DNA of 64,000 bases from Marsupella aquatica (GCA_973895155.1 OZ316895.1:23892281-23956280), one strand, 5' to 3'; shown: positions 1-14,200, numbered from the stretch's first letter. A program made the numbers and translations. Notes: generated by a model from the letters alone, not told the origin.

Positions 1-1500
1 GTGACTCTATTTGATCGGAGATGAAAATTGCCTTCATGCTGACTCCTGGGCCATAACTCATAGAACTTTGATTGCTTTAATTGTCTTTATGAAAGCATAT
101 TGACTCTGCTGACAAGATGGGTCTTTGCGTGTATTCATCCTTGAAATTGAAATCAGAGGCGAGCTGCATTGAAAGAGGCCAAAGGAGAAACTGCAGTTAT
201 TGAAGACGGAGCGCAAATCGACGGCGAGGATGAGTTAGCTGAAGCAATCACAAAGGATGTCTCTGGTATGAAGCTCCTTTTGAAGAAATATGAAATCATA
301 GGAGGGAAGAATGCAGTTAGAAGTAAAAGAATTGGGAGAAAACTGAGCGACACAATTGCCAGATTATGTAGCTCGTTTGAGCAAGCTTTGAACGACTCGA
401 GAAGTGCCAAGACAATGAGCGCTGATTCATGGCTGTCTCGCAGGTACTGCCACTTACGATGATAAAGAGACCACCACTGTAGTGCGCGTGACTACAATAA
501 CGGCAGAGGACGAAGACCAGGAAACGGAGGAACGACCTGTAAGGAAGGCTGATAGACATGCTGCCATATCGCAAAAGTTAAAACCAGTGAAGGTGAAATT
601 TAAGAAGCCGAAGAAAGTTCAGTCAGAAAAGCGAATGAGAAAGTTGACACGGCGGGAGAAATCAATGCCGAAGAACTTGAGGTCGCGGAGAGATAAGAAG
701 CGGAAGAAGTGATTCCTGTACTCCAGATTTCAGCACGGCGGGCTTGAGTAGATAGAGGTCACAAGCTTCCAGGAGCTTTCAAGGCTTGTCGGCTTCTCAA
801 ATTCAGTTTGGGGATGAAACTGTCGAGTTTTGCTCCTGTGCCTCTTATTAGAATGAAGAAGCCCGTGAAGCCAAATTGCATAGTTTTCCTTTGAGGCAAA
901 TGGAATCATAGCCAGATGAAGAAGCTGTCCTCTTTAAGGATAGAGGAAATCTGTGCGTTGACGGGTAATTGAGGCACCGATGGACTTGATTTGTATGATT
1001 CAGATGTGGATCAGGTCCTGCTTAACAGGAGGAAGAAGCACTCTGGAATAGATAGGGCAAAGTTCGATGGTGTAAGATCAAATTGACGGAACGTCTGACT
1101 TGGGAGAGGAAATATTGGCGTGGTGCGGGATTGGGACTAGATTGGAAAACTCATGAGGACCGACAAGAGAAGTACGAACATGAGGACTTCTGATGAGGTG
1201 TAGAGTTGACGGAGAGGCTTAGTATTGAGGAAGTGGAAGAGTTTTGGGATAAGGAAGAGTAGGATGCTTCCGCGAGAAATAGTGGCAGTTTGTTTTACCT
1301 GCTACCACGCAAAAGAGTATCCAAGATTGCCCTGTTTGGTGCAGTGAGTTTTTTCTCATCGTTGCGACGATGATCTCCGGGTGTGAATGTCACGGTGACT
1401 TTCAGAGCTTTGCTCATCAATGCAAGGCTCGGTTTTCCTTGCTCTGAGAGAAGCAAATTTAGTCCTGGTCGAGCGTTGATTTTCTTCACCTGGCTGTTGC
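1..1500 (+). pseudogene. Decayed coding-like sequence, probably TE-derived, family unknown
   Basis: Plus-strand ORFs 169-462 and 482-712, and a frame near 1080-1370 (KLTERLTWERKYWRGAGLGLDWK...EEVEEFWDKEE*), read as charged protein broken by TGA/TAG stops compatible with C>T decay. No domain recognised. Confidence 0.25.
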
Positions 1501-2486
1501 TTCACTGTTGAAATTCATCATGCGTATGTATCAAGCACGGGCACCATGGCCGATAGGATCTTCGCTTTTTTCAGTGGCCATCAGGTTATTTTGAAGGTTG
1601 CTCGTGTTGACTGTGTTGGGACGTTTTGGGGATAGCGGGGACTTTTGGAAAGACCTTTCGTTTGCTCCTCCTGTGAGTATAATGCCCTTCTTTTGTGGAT
1701 CCAACTTTCATGAAATATCTGTGGATCAGAATTCAGTCAAAAAATAGTCAAATACGCAGCCGAATTCGGAGACTTATGTCAGTTCTTCCTGAAACCCAGT
1801 CAATTGTTCCGGACCAGTTGAGGATTGCTGAGGTCTGATTTCATACAAAATGAAGTACAATACATCCATGCAACTGCATTTGGACAGGTCAACCCAACAT
1901 CAGCCAAAATTGGTCTTTCGCCCACGGATAACTGATATCCAACGTACAAAATAAAAAAGCCAGTATAGCCAATTACACACACTTACCCCAAAACAGGCTA
2001 CTGTAGGAGGATGCGTCACAACTACAATTGAGATGCTTTATATCTCCAATAAATTCAGATTTACAACAATAGAATGTTGGGTTGCACGACCGCAAGACAC
2101 TGGTGTGGGCAGGCACTCTTTCACAACAAGGTGCACCGACCCTAGCTGGAATTTCGCCTAATTGATGAACACTACGTACAGTAGAGAACGCTTCGACTCC
2201 AAAACCAAATGAAGTGTGTCCTCAACACAAGATGAGGCTACTATCACTGATGCTTAGTGATGCATAATCGGTCGCAGGTTCAAATAGAGGAAGGTTGTGG
2301 GTTGCCAAGATACATGACGGGAATTACAAAGGCCAACTTTGCTCAAGCGGCGAACGGTCCAAGAATACAGGGCCTGAGCTGCATGCGAGCGGTCTATATA
2401 CGTTGGATTGACGAAACAAAATTTCACAAGCACTGAGCAGTGTCCACATGAATGCTTTCTCCAACTTGCCCGCATGAATGTTGACT

Positions 2487-5400
2487 TCAAGCCAAATACT
2501 TCTCAAGCTTGTCCACCTCCTCTTCACTGCCAACAAAAAGTGGGACTCTTTGATGTACCTGTTCCCACACCGACGCCGTTTAGTTGAAAAGCTTTGGTCG
2601 GATCAGAGTATAATAATGCAGAAGAACGAAAAATAATATTTATGGTCACGATAGCTAATAGAATACAGGATTTACTTTGATACAAAAGAGTTCTACGAAG
2701 AGGATGCACTACAGGAGTGATGAAAGAGTTAAATAATTGAATAATTGAATAATGAATCGTTCATCACTCCTGTAGTGCATCAAATCGTTCATCACTCCTG
2801 TAGTGAACGGGGTGGAACGAAGGACGAAGGTTAATTCTACTCCGAATGTTATAGTCAACGTCTTACTCCACCCTCCTTAACTTGGGTCCACAATTGCTCT
2901 CCAATAACGGATGGTTCTACTACAAGCATTTACTTTTGCTCCCCGGTTACAGAGAGTGTCAAGGAGTATATCACTCCCGGTACAACAGCCCTGCGGAGTG
3001 TAACTATGAATTCACTCCAGAAAAAATGCACTCCCAAGCAACGTGGAAGACACAAGAAAAGTAAATGATCAGCCTACATAGGAAAGCAAATTTATCTACT
3101 GAGAATTAGTCAGGAAAAGATGTACCATGAGAGAGATTTACCTGGTCGGGCTGGATATCCAAAACTCTGTTTCTGCCATCCGACCCCTTTCCACCAGCCT
3201 GCTCTGCCAAGAAGCTCATGGGAGCACACTCATAGAGCAACCTCAGCTTTCCAGTAACACTCTTCTTGTCGGCAGGGTAGCCGTAAATTCCACCGTAGAG
3301 CATAGTTCTATGGAAATCACCCACGAGACTGCCAATGTAGCGAGCTGAGTAAGGCTTTCCATTTGCATCAGGGATTTTCAGGGCATCCACATACTTTTTC
3401 AACTTGTCATCCCAAAGCGCATAGTTCCCTTCATTAAAGGAGTAAATCTTTCCCTTCTTAGGAATCTTAATGTCCCTGTGTGTAAGCACGAACTCCCCAT
3501 ACAGAGGGTCAAGGGTGAACCCGAACACTCCATTGCCAACCGACAGGACCATGATGACCGAGCTGGAGTACATGCAATACCCAGCAGCCAGAAGGTTACT
3601 TCCGGGCTGGCAGACATTGATGATACAGTTCTCTTGAGTCTTGGCAAGCTGCAACACAAGATATTTGTTAAGCTTTCGTTTCCAGCAGTATCACAACTTT
3701 CGTTTCCAGCAGTATCAACCAGGCATTCCAACATTTCGTTCAATGCCTGATCTAGTCATTCCGCATTGCAGCGTGAATCCAAATGTCAAACGAGTCCCCA
3801 AGATAACATATATAAAATTCTTTTATCCAGAGGTAACCATTTTAATTTATTTTTACAAGACGATCTCTATTCGTAGGAGATCAGACCACTTCCGTGAAGT
3901 AAGACGACGATGAGAAAAGGAATGAAGTGAACGACTAGAAGAAGCCAAGCGGCACCCGTGCACACGACGGAAATGGATTTACACTCGAGCGTGCGGAGAC
4001 AACACTGATGTAAGTTGCCTCTTTCGGCTGAGGCAACATAATTCAGGGGGCAAAACGCCGACTCTATTTACGGTAAGCAAGGGAAAGAGTTGGGTTGAAT
4101 GTTAAATTACATTGTCTTCGTCATCGAGGTCTGCGAGGCACTCCTCAGTGGGCCTGTAGATCCCGAAAATTGAACCAGTGGAGACTGCTGCGTCGATGTT
4201 CGAAGAGCCATCCAAAGGATCGAACACAACGACGTAATTTCCTGAGTAACTCTCTTCCACTGCCACTGGGGTATCCTCCTCCTCGGAAGCGATGATGCCT
4301 GTCCTTCCGCTCGACCTCAGGCAGCTGGAGAACACCTGCAAGTTGGAATAGACCACATTGACCCGTCCCTTTAGACATATGCATGACCCCGTCCAACCTC
4401 GGCTTCTAATCGGAAACCCAATTTTGGGCCCGTGTTACTAGCCCATTTCCCAAGCACACTTTTATCCTCCACTCATCCAAACGAGAGAGAAGATTGCTCG
4501 AAGATTTCCGTCTCAAAAGAAACCGGAAGTTATGCCAATCGGAATCCTGGACAGCGGCGTCCCAATTCCTAATTTTTCTTCTTTCGACTGACTAACGATA
4601 GATTTGCAGCAGTGGATACAGTAGATCCAAACTACATCATTGTAAATTCCGAAGTTTTGGTCTCTACCAAAATACTAAAACAAAATACAAACGAAAATTT
4701 ATTTTCCAGTACTCTGATTTTGGTTACAAGTTGTGATCAATCTGTACCATGATTGAAAGAGGAAGAATGAATCTACGTAGACTCAGACAACTCATTATTA
4801 GTGGCTGGATGATGACGATCATCCAGCATCAGTTATCGATAGCAGAATGGCAATACTAAAAGTACAAGGGATCCACACAGGCCCTGGGACAAGAATTGTA
4901 CAGTGCATTCGAGAGGCAGAAGTCACACATCGTGGGTATGTGAATTTGAGAATGAATGAGTGAAAAATCAGTAGACAAACTATCTAGTCCTCGACGACCC
5001 ATGTGGTCAATGGGACCGACGCTTCGCAAAGATTTCTACGAGCAAAATCTCACGTAAGTTCTGAACCAAGAGCGTACCGACGAATTCACCACAAAATCTC
5101 TAGCTTGAGTCCAGAGAGCGAATGAACGAATGAAAGTCCACGGGAATTCAAATCGGCAATGGGACCAATAATGTAAAGTGACCCATCCAAGTCAAATTCA
5201 ACGTCGCAGCAGGTGGGCAGCATTAACAGGAGATCTAGACAGTCCGGAAGCGCATTTCATTTCATTCCCCAACTCCTACGAAATGCGGAATGGACTGGCT
5301 GATGGAAAAGAGCGAGAGAGAGAGAGGCACCTCGTTGGAGATGACATCGAGCTTCTTCTGGTCCTCGCCCTGCACGTTGACGGCGCCCTGCACACCGGTG

Positions 5401-5810
5401 AGATTTGAAATGCCAGCGCGTTGCACCAATGAGGCAATCTGCTTGCAAGCCACCGCAATACTAGACAGCACAATGGTCAATTCCCCATCAATCACGCCCT
5501 CCTGCTCCTCCCTCAGCAACCAGCCGGTGAAAGTCTCCAACTCGTACAAGCTCTTCTTCCTGGGCTCCTTGGCTGGCGGAGTCACGGCAATAGCTGCTCT
5601 CGCGGCCCCTCCTCCTCTGCCCCCCGCAGCAACACAGCTCGTGGCTCTGTTCACTCGCAGCCGCAACGATGGCGATGCTGCGTGGAAGGAGGACGAGAGC
5701 TCATTGCACAGGGCCCGAGCGGACGATTCTTTGCCGTGAGAGGTCTTAGATAGCCGTGATTCAGCAGCAATCGAAGCAATGGAGCTGGCAACTGCTGTAG
5801 TGGCAGCCAT
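2487..5810 (-). CDS. FBP: Fructose-1,6-bisphosphatase, chloroplastic (redox-regulated cpFBPase), 4 exons, ~427 aa
   Basis: Exons 5810-5331, 4335-4111, 3648-3142 and 2558-2487, all GT-AG and in frame. Ala/Ser-rich transit peptide. Motifs [63 protein letters not shown] and [10 protein letters not shown]. Regulatory loop with three cysteines ([27 protein letters not shown]). Confidence 0.97.
2703..2805. repeat. Intronic 22-bp perfect inverted repeat with CACTA...TAGTG ends plus a duplicated right arm
   Basis: gatgcactacaggagtgatgaa (2703-2724) pairs with ttcatcactcctgtagtgcatc (2760-2781). aatcgttcatcactcctgtagtg is repeated up to 2805. Lies in FBPase intron 3. Confidence 0.75.
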
Positions 5811-6569
5811 AGCTTCAATCCGTTCTAATTCTCCACACTGTAGTCGCTCAGCTCAATTCAGCTCAGCTCAGCTACAATGCAATAGAAGCGACAGGAAGAG
5901 ATTGAAGGGAACTCTGAATTCTGGCCAGGAAGCGAATTGCAGTGCACGGTGGTCAAAATTGATCAATGAACCAATCAATTCCGCTCCGAATCAGCGTCAG
6001 CAGCAGCAGAGAGTCTCCACTTCCTCTCTGGATAGCATCGCGATGAACGAACAGCATATCCACAGAAGGGGAACGAAACCGGCGGGGCTGATTCCGGGGA
6101 CATGGAAGGGGAACGAGAGGTTGGGAAGGGGAACGAGAGCTGTTGGGAAAACGCGAACGAGAGGCCCACAGTTGGATAACCAGAGCACCAAGAAGATGGC
6201 GCCACGTCGGAACATTTCAACGCCCCTTGAAGGATCGGACGGTCTCCAGTGCGCCCCCGGCATGTTCATGCGCACTTGTGGGGGCGGTCCTCTGAAACAA
6301 GTAACAGTAATTCGTTACCGAGTGTGTACGGTTTTTAGGGGCCTTTATTATGTTTGAGGGAATATAGATTATTTCATTTTGAGAATGAAAGGATTCTATT
6401 CTGGAACCCTGCAATCTGGAGTTCTTGACCGTTGATTGAATAGATGAACGACAGATGATGAGTACTGGGATTCGCATCTTTGCTGCCGCATTACAAAGTT
6501 ACGTTTTGTAGTATTGTCTTTTAGGGGACATGGGCAAAATTACGTATTACTGTTTTAAATTATCTAGTA

Positions 6570-6771
6570 ATTACTATATTTTATGTTTAGGGGGGCAATA
6601 GGGGCAGAGTATGGTCATATTAAAAATTTTGCCCGTGATCTGACCATAACTTTTAATTTTATTTAATGGCAAAACCTCCAACCCTAAACCCTAAACATAA
6701 AATAATAGTGACTATTAAATAACTTAAAAGTTATGGTCATATTAAGTGTTGCCCATAATCTGACCATAACT
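6570..6771. repeat. AT-rich element with nested imperfect inverted/direct repeats (MITE-like remnant)
   Basis: tattttatgtttaggg pairs with ccctaaacataaaata. tatggtcatattaa...tctgaccataact occurs twice. Confidence 0.4.
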
Positions 6772-7253
6772 ATTCTTTGTAGGTGAACTTTTAATCTAAT
6801 TTTTTTGTGCCCAATCTACAAAGCTTTTTTACGGTCATGTAGTACATGGATGTCTCTCAAGAACACAGAGTTACTGAACAATGATTTTGAGTTCTATAAG
6901 GTTTGTGTCCATCAACTCACAAGTTAAATACTGCAAACATTGTTGCTAGTAAGTGGAGTATGAGCCAAAGCATCTTTGAGCACAAATCATCCTTACAACT
7001 GGATTTCAAGAGATATGCAAGCACCAAGGTGAGTAATGCGTTGGGCATTGAAAATGGTGCATGGTGGGACCTCTAGGTCCATCTCATAGTTAGTAAAAAA
7101 TGTTATCAAAATGAATATATGAGTCTGGGGAGGCCTAGCCCCATAATTACATTTTGTAAATAGATCATTGGAATGATTGCATAGATAATAATGTTTAGAA
7201 GCCAACAAATATTCCAGTAAATACTGTTTAAGAATGAGCAGTGTAGGTATGCA

Positions 7254-7450
7254 TCTTACTAGTAATTCGCTACCAGAAACTACAATTGGGGTCTAGGTTT
7301 GTAGAGTGAAGCCTCTAGAGTGTAACTCTAGGCCCAACCAAATGTATGTGGATGGAGAGGGTGGGATGTAGTTTATGTCAAGATGATGATGCATGCTGAT
7401 TTTTGTCATAATCATCTTTATTGTCATTCAAAGAATGGCATTCAGGCTCG
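7254..7450 (+). mobile_element. Short non-autonomous Helitron family member (diverged)
   Basis: Starts a|TCTTACTAGTAA and carries the family core tagagtgaagcctctagagtgtaactct. Ends with a cattc-aaa-gaatg hairpin followed by CTCG|t (variant of CTAG). Confidence 0.55.
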
Positions 7451-10299
7451 TGCCTTTGAAATTCAATTTGCCAGCTGGTGCCCAAAGTAGAGAAGGGAAG
7501 CTCTTGTGAACATTTCTTTGAGGTTCAGAGTATACCAAAGTCACCTAGTCATCCCAAGCAGTGTGTATTTTAGTGGCAGAAATTTGCTAGATTCCACCTC
7601 CCCAAAAATCTTTCGCCACTTTTGGCTAAAATTCGCTACTTTTTGCTGTCTCATTAGCCAGTGTTCCACCTAATCCCAGGCCCCATTAGCCAGAATCTAT
7701 GGTCAGCCTTAAATCTAGGGAGATCTGATGGGCAGGAAGATAATTGAATAATGAATCTTTTGAGCATCTTTCCTTCACACACTTTACATTGCCACTCTGG
7801 CAAAAAAGTGAAATCCTTAAAAAATACACTGATCCCGAGAATACCGTAGTGCCATCACGGTTTGTGCAGGACCTCCACGTTTTCATTTTTGGAAAAATGC
7901 AAGGCCACCTGTTCTAGGTTTTTAATTTTAGAACAGTGATGGCGTACAACAAAAAGTCAGTGTTTACACCAGAATGCTTACTTAGATATTCTTAAAATTT
8001 ACATGACAAAATTCTTTCGACATTTCACAAAGACCCTAACATGTTTTGTTTAACATGTTCTGTTTGTTGTGCAATGAGGCCTCAAAGCAAATAATGTTTA
8101 ATTGGTTGTAAGCCAATAGGATCTGTTCTGCTAGATCCACCACTAATAACTTAGTACTATTTAGAAGAACAAAATCAAACAACACAAAACTTCTTCTTGG
8201 GGTTGAGGTATCTTTTGAATATGACCCTAACCCTAACCCTACTTGGACCATCTTGCTCCAAACATCATACAACGTATGACTATGAGCAATGAAATGTGAC
8301 CCTCCATCCTCATCTCCATTGTGCGTCACAGCAGCAAGTCACAACATACGTAGCATTTCAAGCTTGGTACATTGTATCTGGCATTTGCTTCATTCTCCCT
8401 CCTCCTGATATAGATGCATCTTTCTAATGCCTTTCTATTTCAACTTATTCAAAAAATATATAAAAGTTATATTATCATATCATACTGAGTACATGAGAGG
8501 AATCATTTGGTATAAAGTTATGAAAATGACTGAAACTTTACAAGAATTCAACTTCAAGAATGGTGGCTGAGGGGGCTGGGGAGAGACGGTGCAGCAGTCT
8601 CGAAGCATGAAACACTTGGCCACTACCAATGCAAAAGAAAATTAACTGAGTACAAAGAAACCTTTCTGGTAGAAAGTAACCCTCAAAAGAAACAATACCA
8701 AATTACCTAGTGACTAGGATCATGAGAATGGTGATATTTCGGAGGACCAGTTAGATATAGATGTACATTGTGCACCTTGACATCTCGGGGCTCAAGTTTC
8801 AAATTGGATGAAATATTCTGCGATGATGGATTCTTAACATGAAAGGTGACCAAGGATACATCTTGTGTGCTTCCTTCTGATCCATATCTGCCAGGTAATC
8901 AGCTTTTGCATAATATGGCACATGATGATCGACAAGGATATCCAATTGATCCTTAACTGGCTTGATAGTAAACATGAGTCGGGCTGCACAAGACCAATCG
9001 GGTGGAGACAATGACAAAGGTATAATTCACAAGTCTTTTGTTCTACCTTGACAATGCCGTACAACAAAAGCAGCAAAAATTGTGTAGTTAATTAAGCTAC
9101 AGGATTGCAAAGAAGTTCAGTTTTTGGAGCCAATTTTCAATGAATCACTGTGCATTCAAGCTTCATAAATGACTGACCATGCAAATTAACACTCTTCAAC
9201 TTCTAAAGACTAGAAAGAATTAGGGGTAATTGTCCATTATACATAACAATCCCAGGTTAGTGGTTTGATTGTAGGACACCAAATTGTGAGATGCACAGAA
9301 GCTGCCATGAAAGCTATTATGGAAGAAAACATGAAAGGGCTCAAAGATATAACTCAGGTGCACACATTACTACAACTTTGAACACAACTCACTAGATTTT
9401 AGTTATTGTAAGCCTCAAATTCAATACTCATGGGATGGTGAGACTAAGTTGATTGATGGCCAGCATTGATACCAACCTATAGAATTTACAGAAAAGAGTT
9501 TGCAAGTAGGAAAGGTACACCATTCTCCTTTTATCATTCTCCATGAGAAGATTTATGGAATATTCTTGAAAATCCTACACTATGTACAATCAAGAAAGAG
9601 AAATTGTCCAACAAGTGCAATTAAACATGGAGAATGAAGAAATAAACTTCAAGTAAAGAGATTAACCCTAATATGAAAAACCCTAAACCCTGAATTCTCA
9701 AAGGAAGCACTTATCTGGGGGAGCTTTTGGAGAGTGACTGTTTGAGGGTAAAATTCTGGTGTCAGCCATCTTTCAAATAATCTTCTCATCAGACAACTAG
9801 GTGTAAAAAGTTTGCTAGATCATGAATTCATACAATTCTGAAGCAGGAGAAGAATTGTGCCAACCTGCATGAAATGGATTTAATTTATTTGAAGATTTGA
9901 GAACTGGATAAGTTGCATTTATGTTACAACGTAATGAAACTGTTTCATAAGCATTCATGTTGTGTACAATGTTTAGAGGCTAGCTACCAAGTCCATGACT
10001 GAGAAAGAGAAGGTTGATACGTTGAAGGAGCTGGAGGACTTATTTTATGGCTTCAGCTCTCAGCAAATTTCTATCGCAATGCAAGCTTTAACATTGTGCT
10101 ACGAGGCAACTCATCATAATGTTGATGTTCCACCAAAGGTTTAGAACTATTCCAAAGTCTGTGTTTAATTTTAGTGGCTCTCTTGGTTTTGATATCATAC
10201 ATGTTTACGTGAAATGAAGTCAAAGGGTTTGGAACCATTGCAAATTTAGCCCACTTGACTACTGTGAATAGTGGTTAGATAACAACTAATCGGTAGACA

Positions 10300-10617
10300 C
10301 TAGTCAGGTTACCCCTTCCTTGAACATAAATAAACATGAAGACACGAAAAAAATTCTTGAAATGAAAGAATTCTATACTATTTCCCTTGCCCCCATCCAT
10401 ATTTTTTGTCCACCCTTATTTCATTGTTGTCTTTAGTTAGAGTCAATGTCACTTTTGTTCATCTTTGCTCCTGTCCCTATTTTTTGTCCACCCTCATGTG
10501 TGTTGTCCTTATTAACAATCATTGTCACTTTTGTCTTTATTAAGAGTTACAGTCTGGAGGCTTCACTCTAGACCATAGGCCTTTCAAGTAGTTTCCCTTT
10601 GCTAACTATTAGTAAGA
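10300..10617 (-). mobile_element. Non-autonomous Helitron family member
   Basis: Minus strand starts a|TCTTACTAATAG, carries core ggtctagagtgaagcctccagactgtaactct and ends atgttcaaggaaggggtaacctgaCTAG|t. Confidence 0.65.
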
Positions 10618-11234
10618 TCTCTAGGATGCAACATTGTTGTCCTTGCATCAAGTTTATTCCATGAAGAGGATAATTTCAAGAAATGTGGATGATGAATTGT
10701 GAGAGTACTGAGACCTCCACTTAAGAACATATGATGTGGAATAGTTTCTAGCCAATAATAGGATTTCCCCACAGTAATTATTCAGGTTTCCATATGTAAA
10801 GAATTCTATGGATGCAACACTTATCCATGAACTTGGTTTCCTGTAATATTCTAGAGATTTTGGAAATAGCATACTGTTTACATAACATATCAGATCAGAT
10901 AGTTTTGTGGGGCCAGTGTTATAAAGAAAATCGATTATAAGTAATGAAGGAATCTTAGCGGAGGGTTCACAAGAACTTTACTGGGAAAATTTCATTTGAT
11001 TCCCTTTAATTTCAAGCATTTGGGGGAATTGCATTCTTTCCCCTGCTTTGGGGACAGCCTTACTATAGACGAGGAGAGATTCCGAATCGATGTGCACCAA
11101 TCATGAAGATTTCAAAGCGATCAATAGTATTTTTTTGTGCAATGGACGTCTCGAACCCCTTCTTCCAAAATCTGTAGACAGGGAGTGAAATTTCCTTCTT
11201 TCAACAAACTGGTGAATCGAACTTGGGCCACACA

Positions 11235-14200
11235 ATGGTATCAATTTTCACTGTGAAGATGTAATTATAAGCAAAAGGTATTTGTGTCATTTGTCAGGTG
11301 ATTAGTCAACAAGCTTCGGGTGAGGACGTGGATCGGAGTGAAGTAACGCAAGGTGCAGACCCAAGTGAACAATCTTTAAATCAGAGTGTGAGGTCAGGTA
11401 CAGCAACTTTGAATCAAGATGTTGAGTCACCTTCATCAGAGAGCTCCAGCAAAATGTCAAGAGATGAGAACCACCATATCGAATACGTGGACAACGAGGC
11501 TGAAAACAAAACTTATGCAAAATTGCTCCCTAGGTGAGTCTGCCTGTAAATGCAGTAGCAAAAAGTCGACATTATTGCTATACAAACGTACTGATCAAAA
11601 GTTCCCAAGACTTGGGTTCGTGATTATACCGGAGCGACAGCTCAGATGAAAAGAACAATCCTTGTAAGGTTTGGAGGCATAATAGATATCATGGGAATGT
11701 TCTCATGCACTTTGATCGCGACTGACAGCTTGAATGGATTATTTTATGATTTTAGTTCATCAATGAGAAAAAGAAATCGAAATTGGTCTGAAAGTTGGAG
11801 GAAGGCTGTGGAGGGTGCTCTTCAAATTTCCAAACATCCCCGTCCCAAGATACGGTACATCATCTTTCAACTTTAGTTTGACTACTAGTTGATTTTACAC
11901 TTATATTTCAGAGCCCAACAGCCACAAATTCTGAAGATCAGATCATAGTTCAATCAAATCACGATTCCTAAGTTCAACTTCCAAAAATCATTAAGATCAG
12001 CTAGACAAACTCTATCGAATTGGTAGTTATTCCATGTGAGCCAAACCCATACTTTCAATGTTTGCGCTGCAACCAGGACTCCACATGAGACTTCGATCTC
12101 AAAGTGTACAGAGTATGATTTGGTTCCAAGTGGTGTACTTAAACACTAAGGTAGAGAAAGATATACCTGCTCGAGGATGATTTGCATACTAATCATGATG
12201 TTTGGCCTGTCTACACTCTTGACCCATAGCATCTGTTACAGCAGCTGAAAATAGGTGCAAAAGGTTTTACTTCTGCTAAGTTTCCAGAGAACTATATCTG
12301 ATTAACTAAGTTTCAAAACTGCAGAGACGCAGTTTTTTCAAAAATGGAAGCATTATCAATGCGAAAAGTGGTGCCAAAGTCAGAAGGTGCAAAAGAACGT
12401 TTGCGGAAAATTTTGAGGTCTAAGTTCGATAAGAGCTTTCCAAGTACAATTATTTCCATTCCTAGTTGCGTTGACTCAAGGTTTAGCGTTTTGGTCATTA
12501 CAACATTCGCTTCCAAAGAAAACTTACGGTCACTTTATCGAGTAAAATGTTGGGTGTTTTGACTGTCTCAACAGTACGTAGAGTAGATAGAGAGTGGAGT
12601 TACTTGACTTATAACTTACATTTCAAGCTTGTCCTTCCAGCACGCACTTTCTTCTAGGAGACTTGGATGATGCATTGAGGGAGGAGATAGTAGACGCTTT
12701 TCAGGATCTTCGTGTTGGGCCCGATACAGAAGTTATGAAACCTGGAGAATCAGCTGACTTCTTTTATGTGATTGTGAGCACCATTTGTAACCCGACATCT
12801 AAGGATTTCCTGGTCAGCATGTCAATGTAATCCCAGCCCACTCATAAGTTTCTTACAGCAAATGTTTTGAGTGAAGGCTGTCTTGGATAGTGCTTTCCAA
12901 TTATGGTGGGCGCCAATATTTCGGCAATCCTGTTTTCCGAGGGAAAAAGTCACAAACGGTTGGAATGTAAATTCAAGGGGTACCACAAAAAACATTTCGG
13001 CAATCCTGTTTTCCGAGCCTCATCTTTTCCCTTCGTGTACACTTTCTAAGAGCATAATACAATTTCAATTTTCCCGCCAACTTGATCTTTTGGTTCTTGC
13101 ATACAGGATGTTGGAGAAGTTGACGTTTTGATGAAGAAGGTGAGCTGAAGTAAATTATATGATCTCAAGCTCCATGTGTGTTGAATTCTATGTTATAGCT
13201 GAATAGGAACATCCCACCCAGCTAGCAACAAACCAGTTCGAAGCTTAATCGTACAGAACACAGAATTCGAAATGAGTTTCCATCGTGCTTGCTTGGTAGG
13301 GTAATGAACCCACCACTCTGGTACATTCGAAAGGCGCAGGGGAGAGCTTTGGAGAACTAGCGCTAATGTATGATACTGTTCGGAATGTAACAGTCAAGAC
13401 CAAAACTCACTGTCTGTTGTGGTCAGTTGACCGTCCAACATTCAAGTCCACTATCAGCCGCCATCTTAGTGGGTCCCAAATTGCACAGGTATTCCATCGA
13501 ACCAAGCGACATCCCTTCATGGCTTTGGTCAATAGAGGCTTTCTTCAAACAACACAGCGTTCTGTATTTATGAGGAATTGAAATTTCATGTACTGTCTTG
13601 TAAGTGAATTAAAACTTGAGGAGTCAAGCTAAATAAGAAACCCAGGATAGAAATGAAGCATGTACCAAAATGAAGAGAGAACTTATCTGTTGTCTTTGGC
13701 AATTCATGTTGTTTTTTGAACTTTGGATGTCCCAAATTTCGAGTACCTAAAGGAACGTTTCTAACAAATGCTGTTGTCGGTAATTACGTTGGTAGGTGCT
13801 AAGAGAAGTTCCTGCATTGAAGAAACTGCCAACTCGGGATATTGTCGCGTTGAGCCGCCATTGCAGCGTTCAACATTTTCGTCGTGGTCAGCAAATTTTG
13901 CAAGCCGGTACTCACGTAGACAAGGTGAGTTTGGATAGGACACGCAATACTTAACAATATAGCTGTATTTTAAGGCAACTACTGTAGATTGTTGTCTGCA
14001 GCAGCATCATATAGCTTGATCTGTGACTATGGATGGCCGAGATTGATCAGGTTTCTAAATGTAAGTACTCGTTGCTGGTATCAAATAAGGTAGACTGCAT
14101 TTACTCACGTGGAGCAGAATGGATGAGCCTATTTCTTACCATGCACAATGCAGGTGTATGTTATACAAGAAGGGCAAGTAAGAATGAGTTGGGGAGTACC

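Noticed and set aside
5290-6357. Plus-strand ORFs of 149 and 192 aa
   Set aside because: They are antisense to FBPase exon 1 and its GC-richer leader/promoter, with no recognisable domain.
6682-9692. Telomere-like ccctaaa/ccctaa motifs at ~6682, ~8225 and ~9681
   Set aside because: Only about two units each, too short to call interstitial telomeric arrays.
7300-10573. Inverted motif pair (tagagtgaagcctc...) suggesting TIRs of a 3.3-kb DNA transposon
   Set aside because: Each motif is internal to a separate Helitron copy with its own TC...CT(A/C)G ends; the two copies happen to be oppositely oriented.
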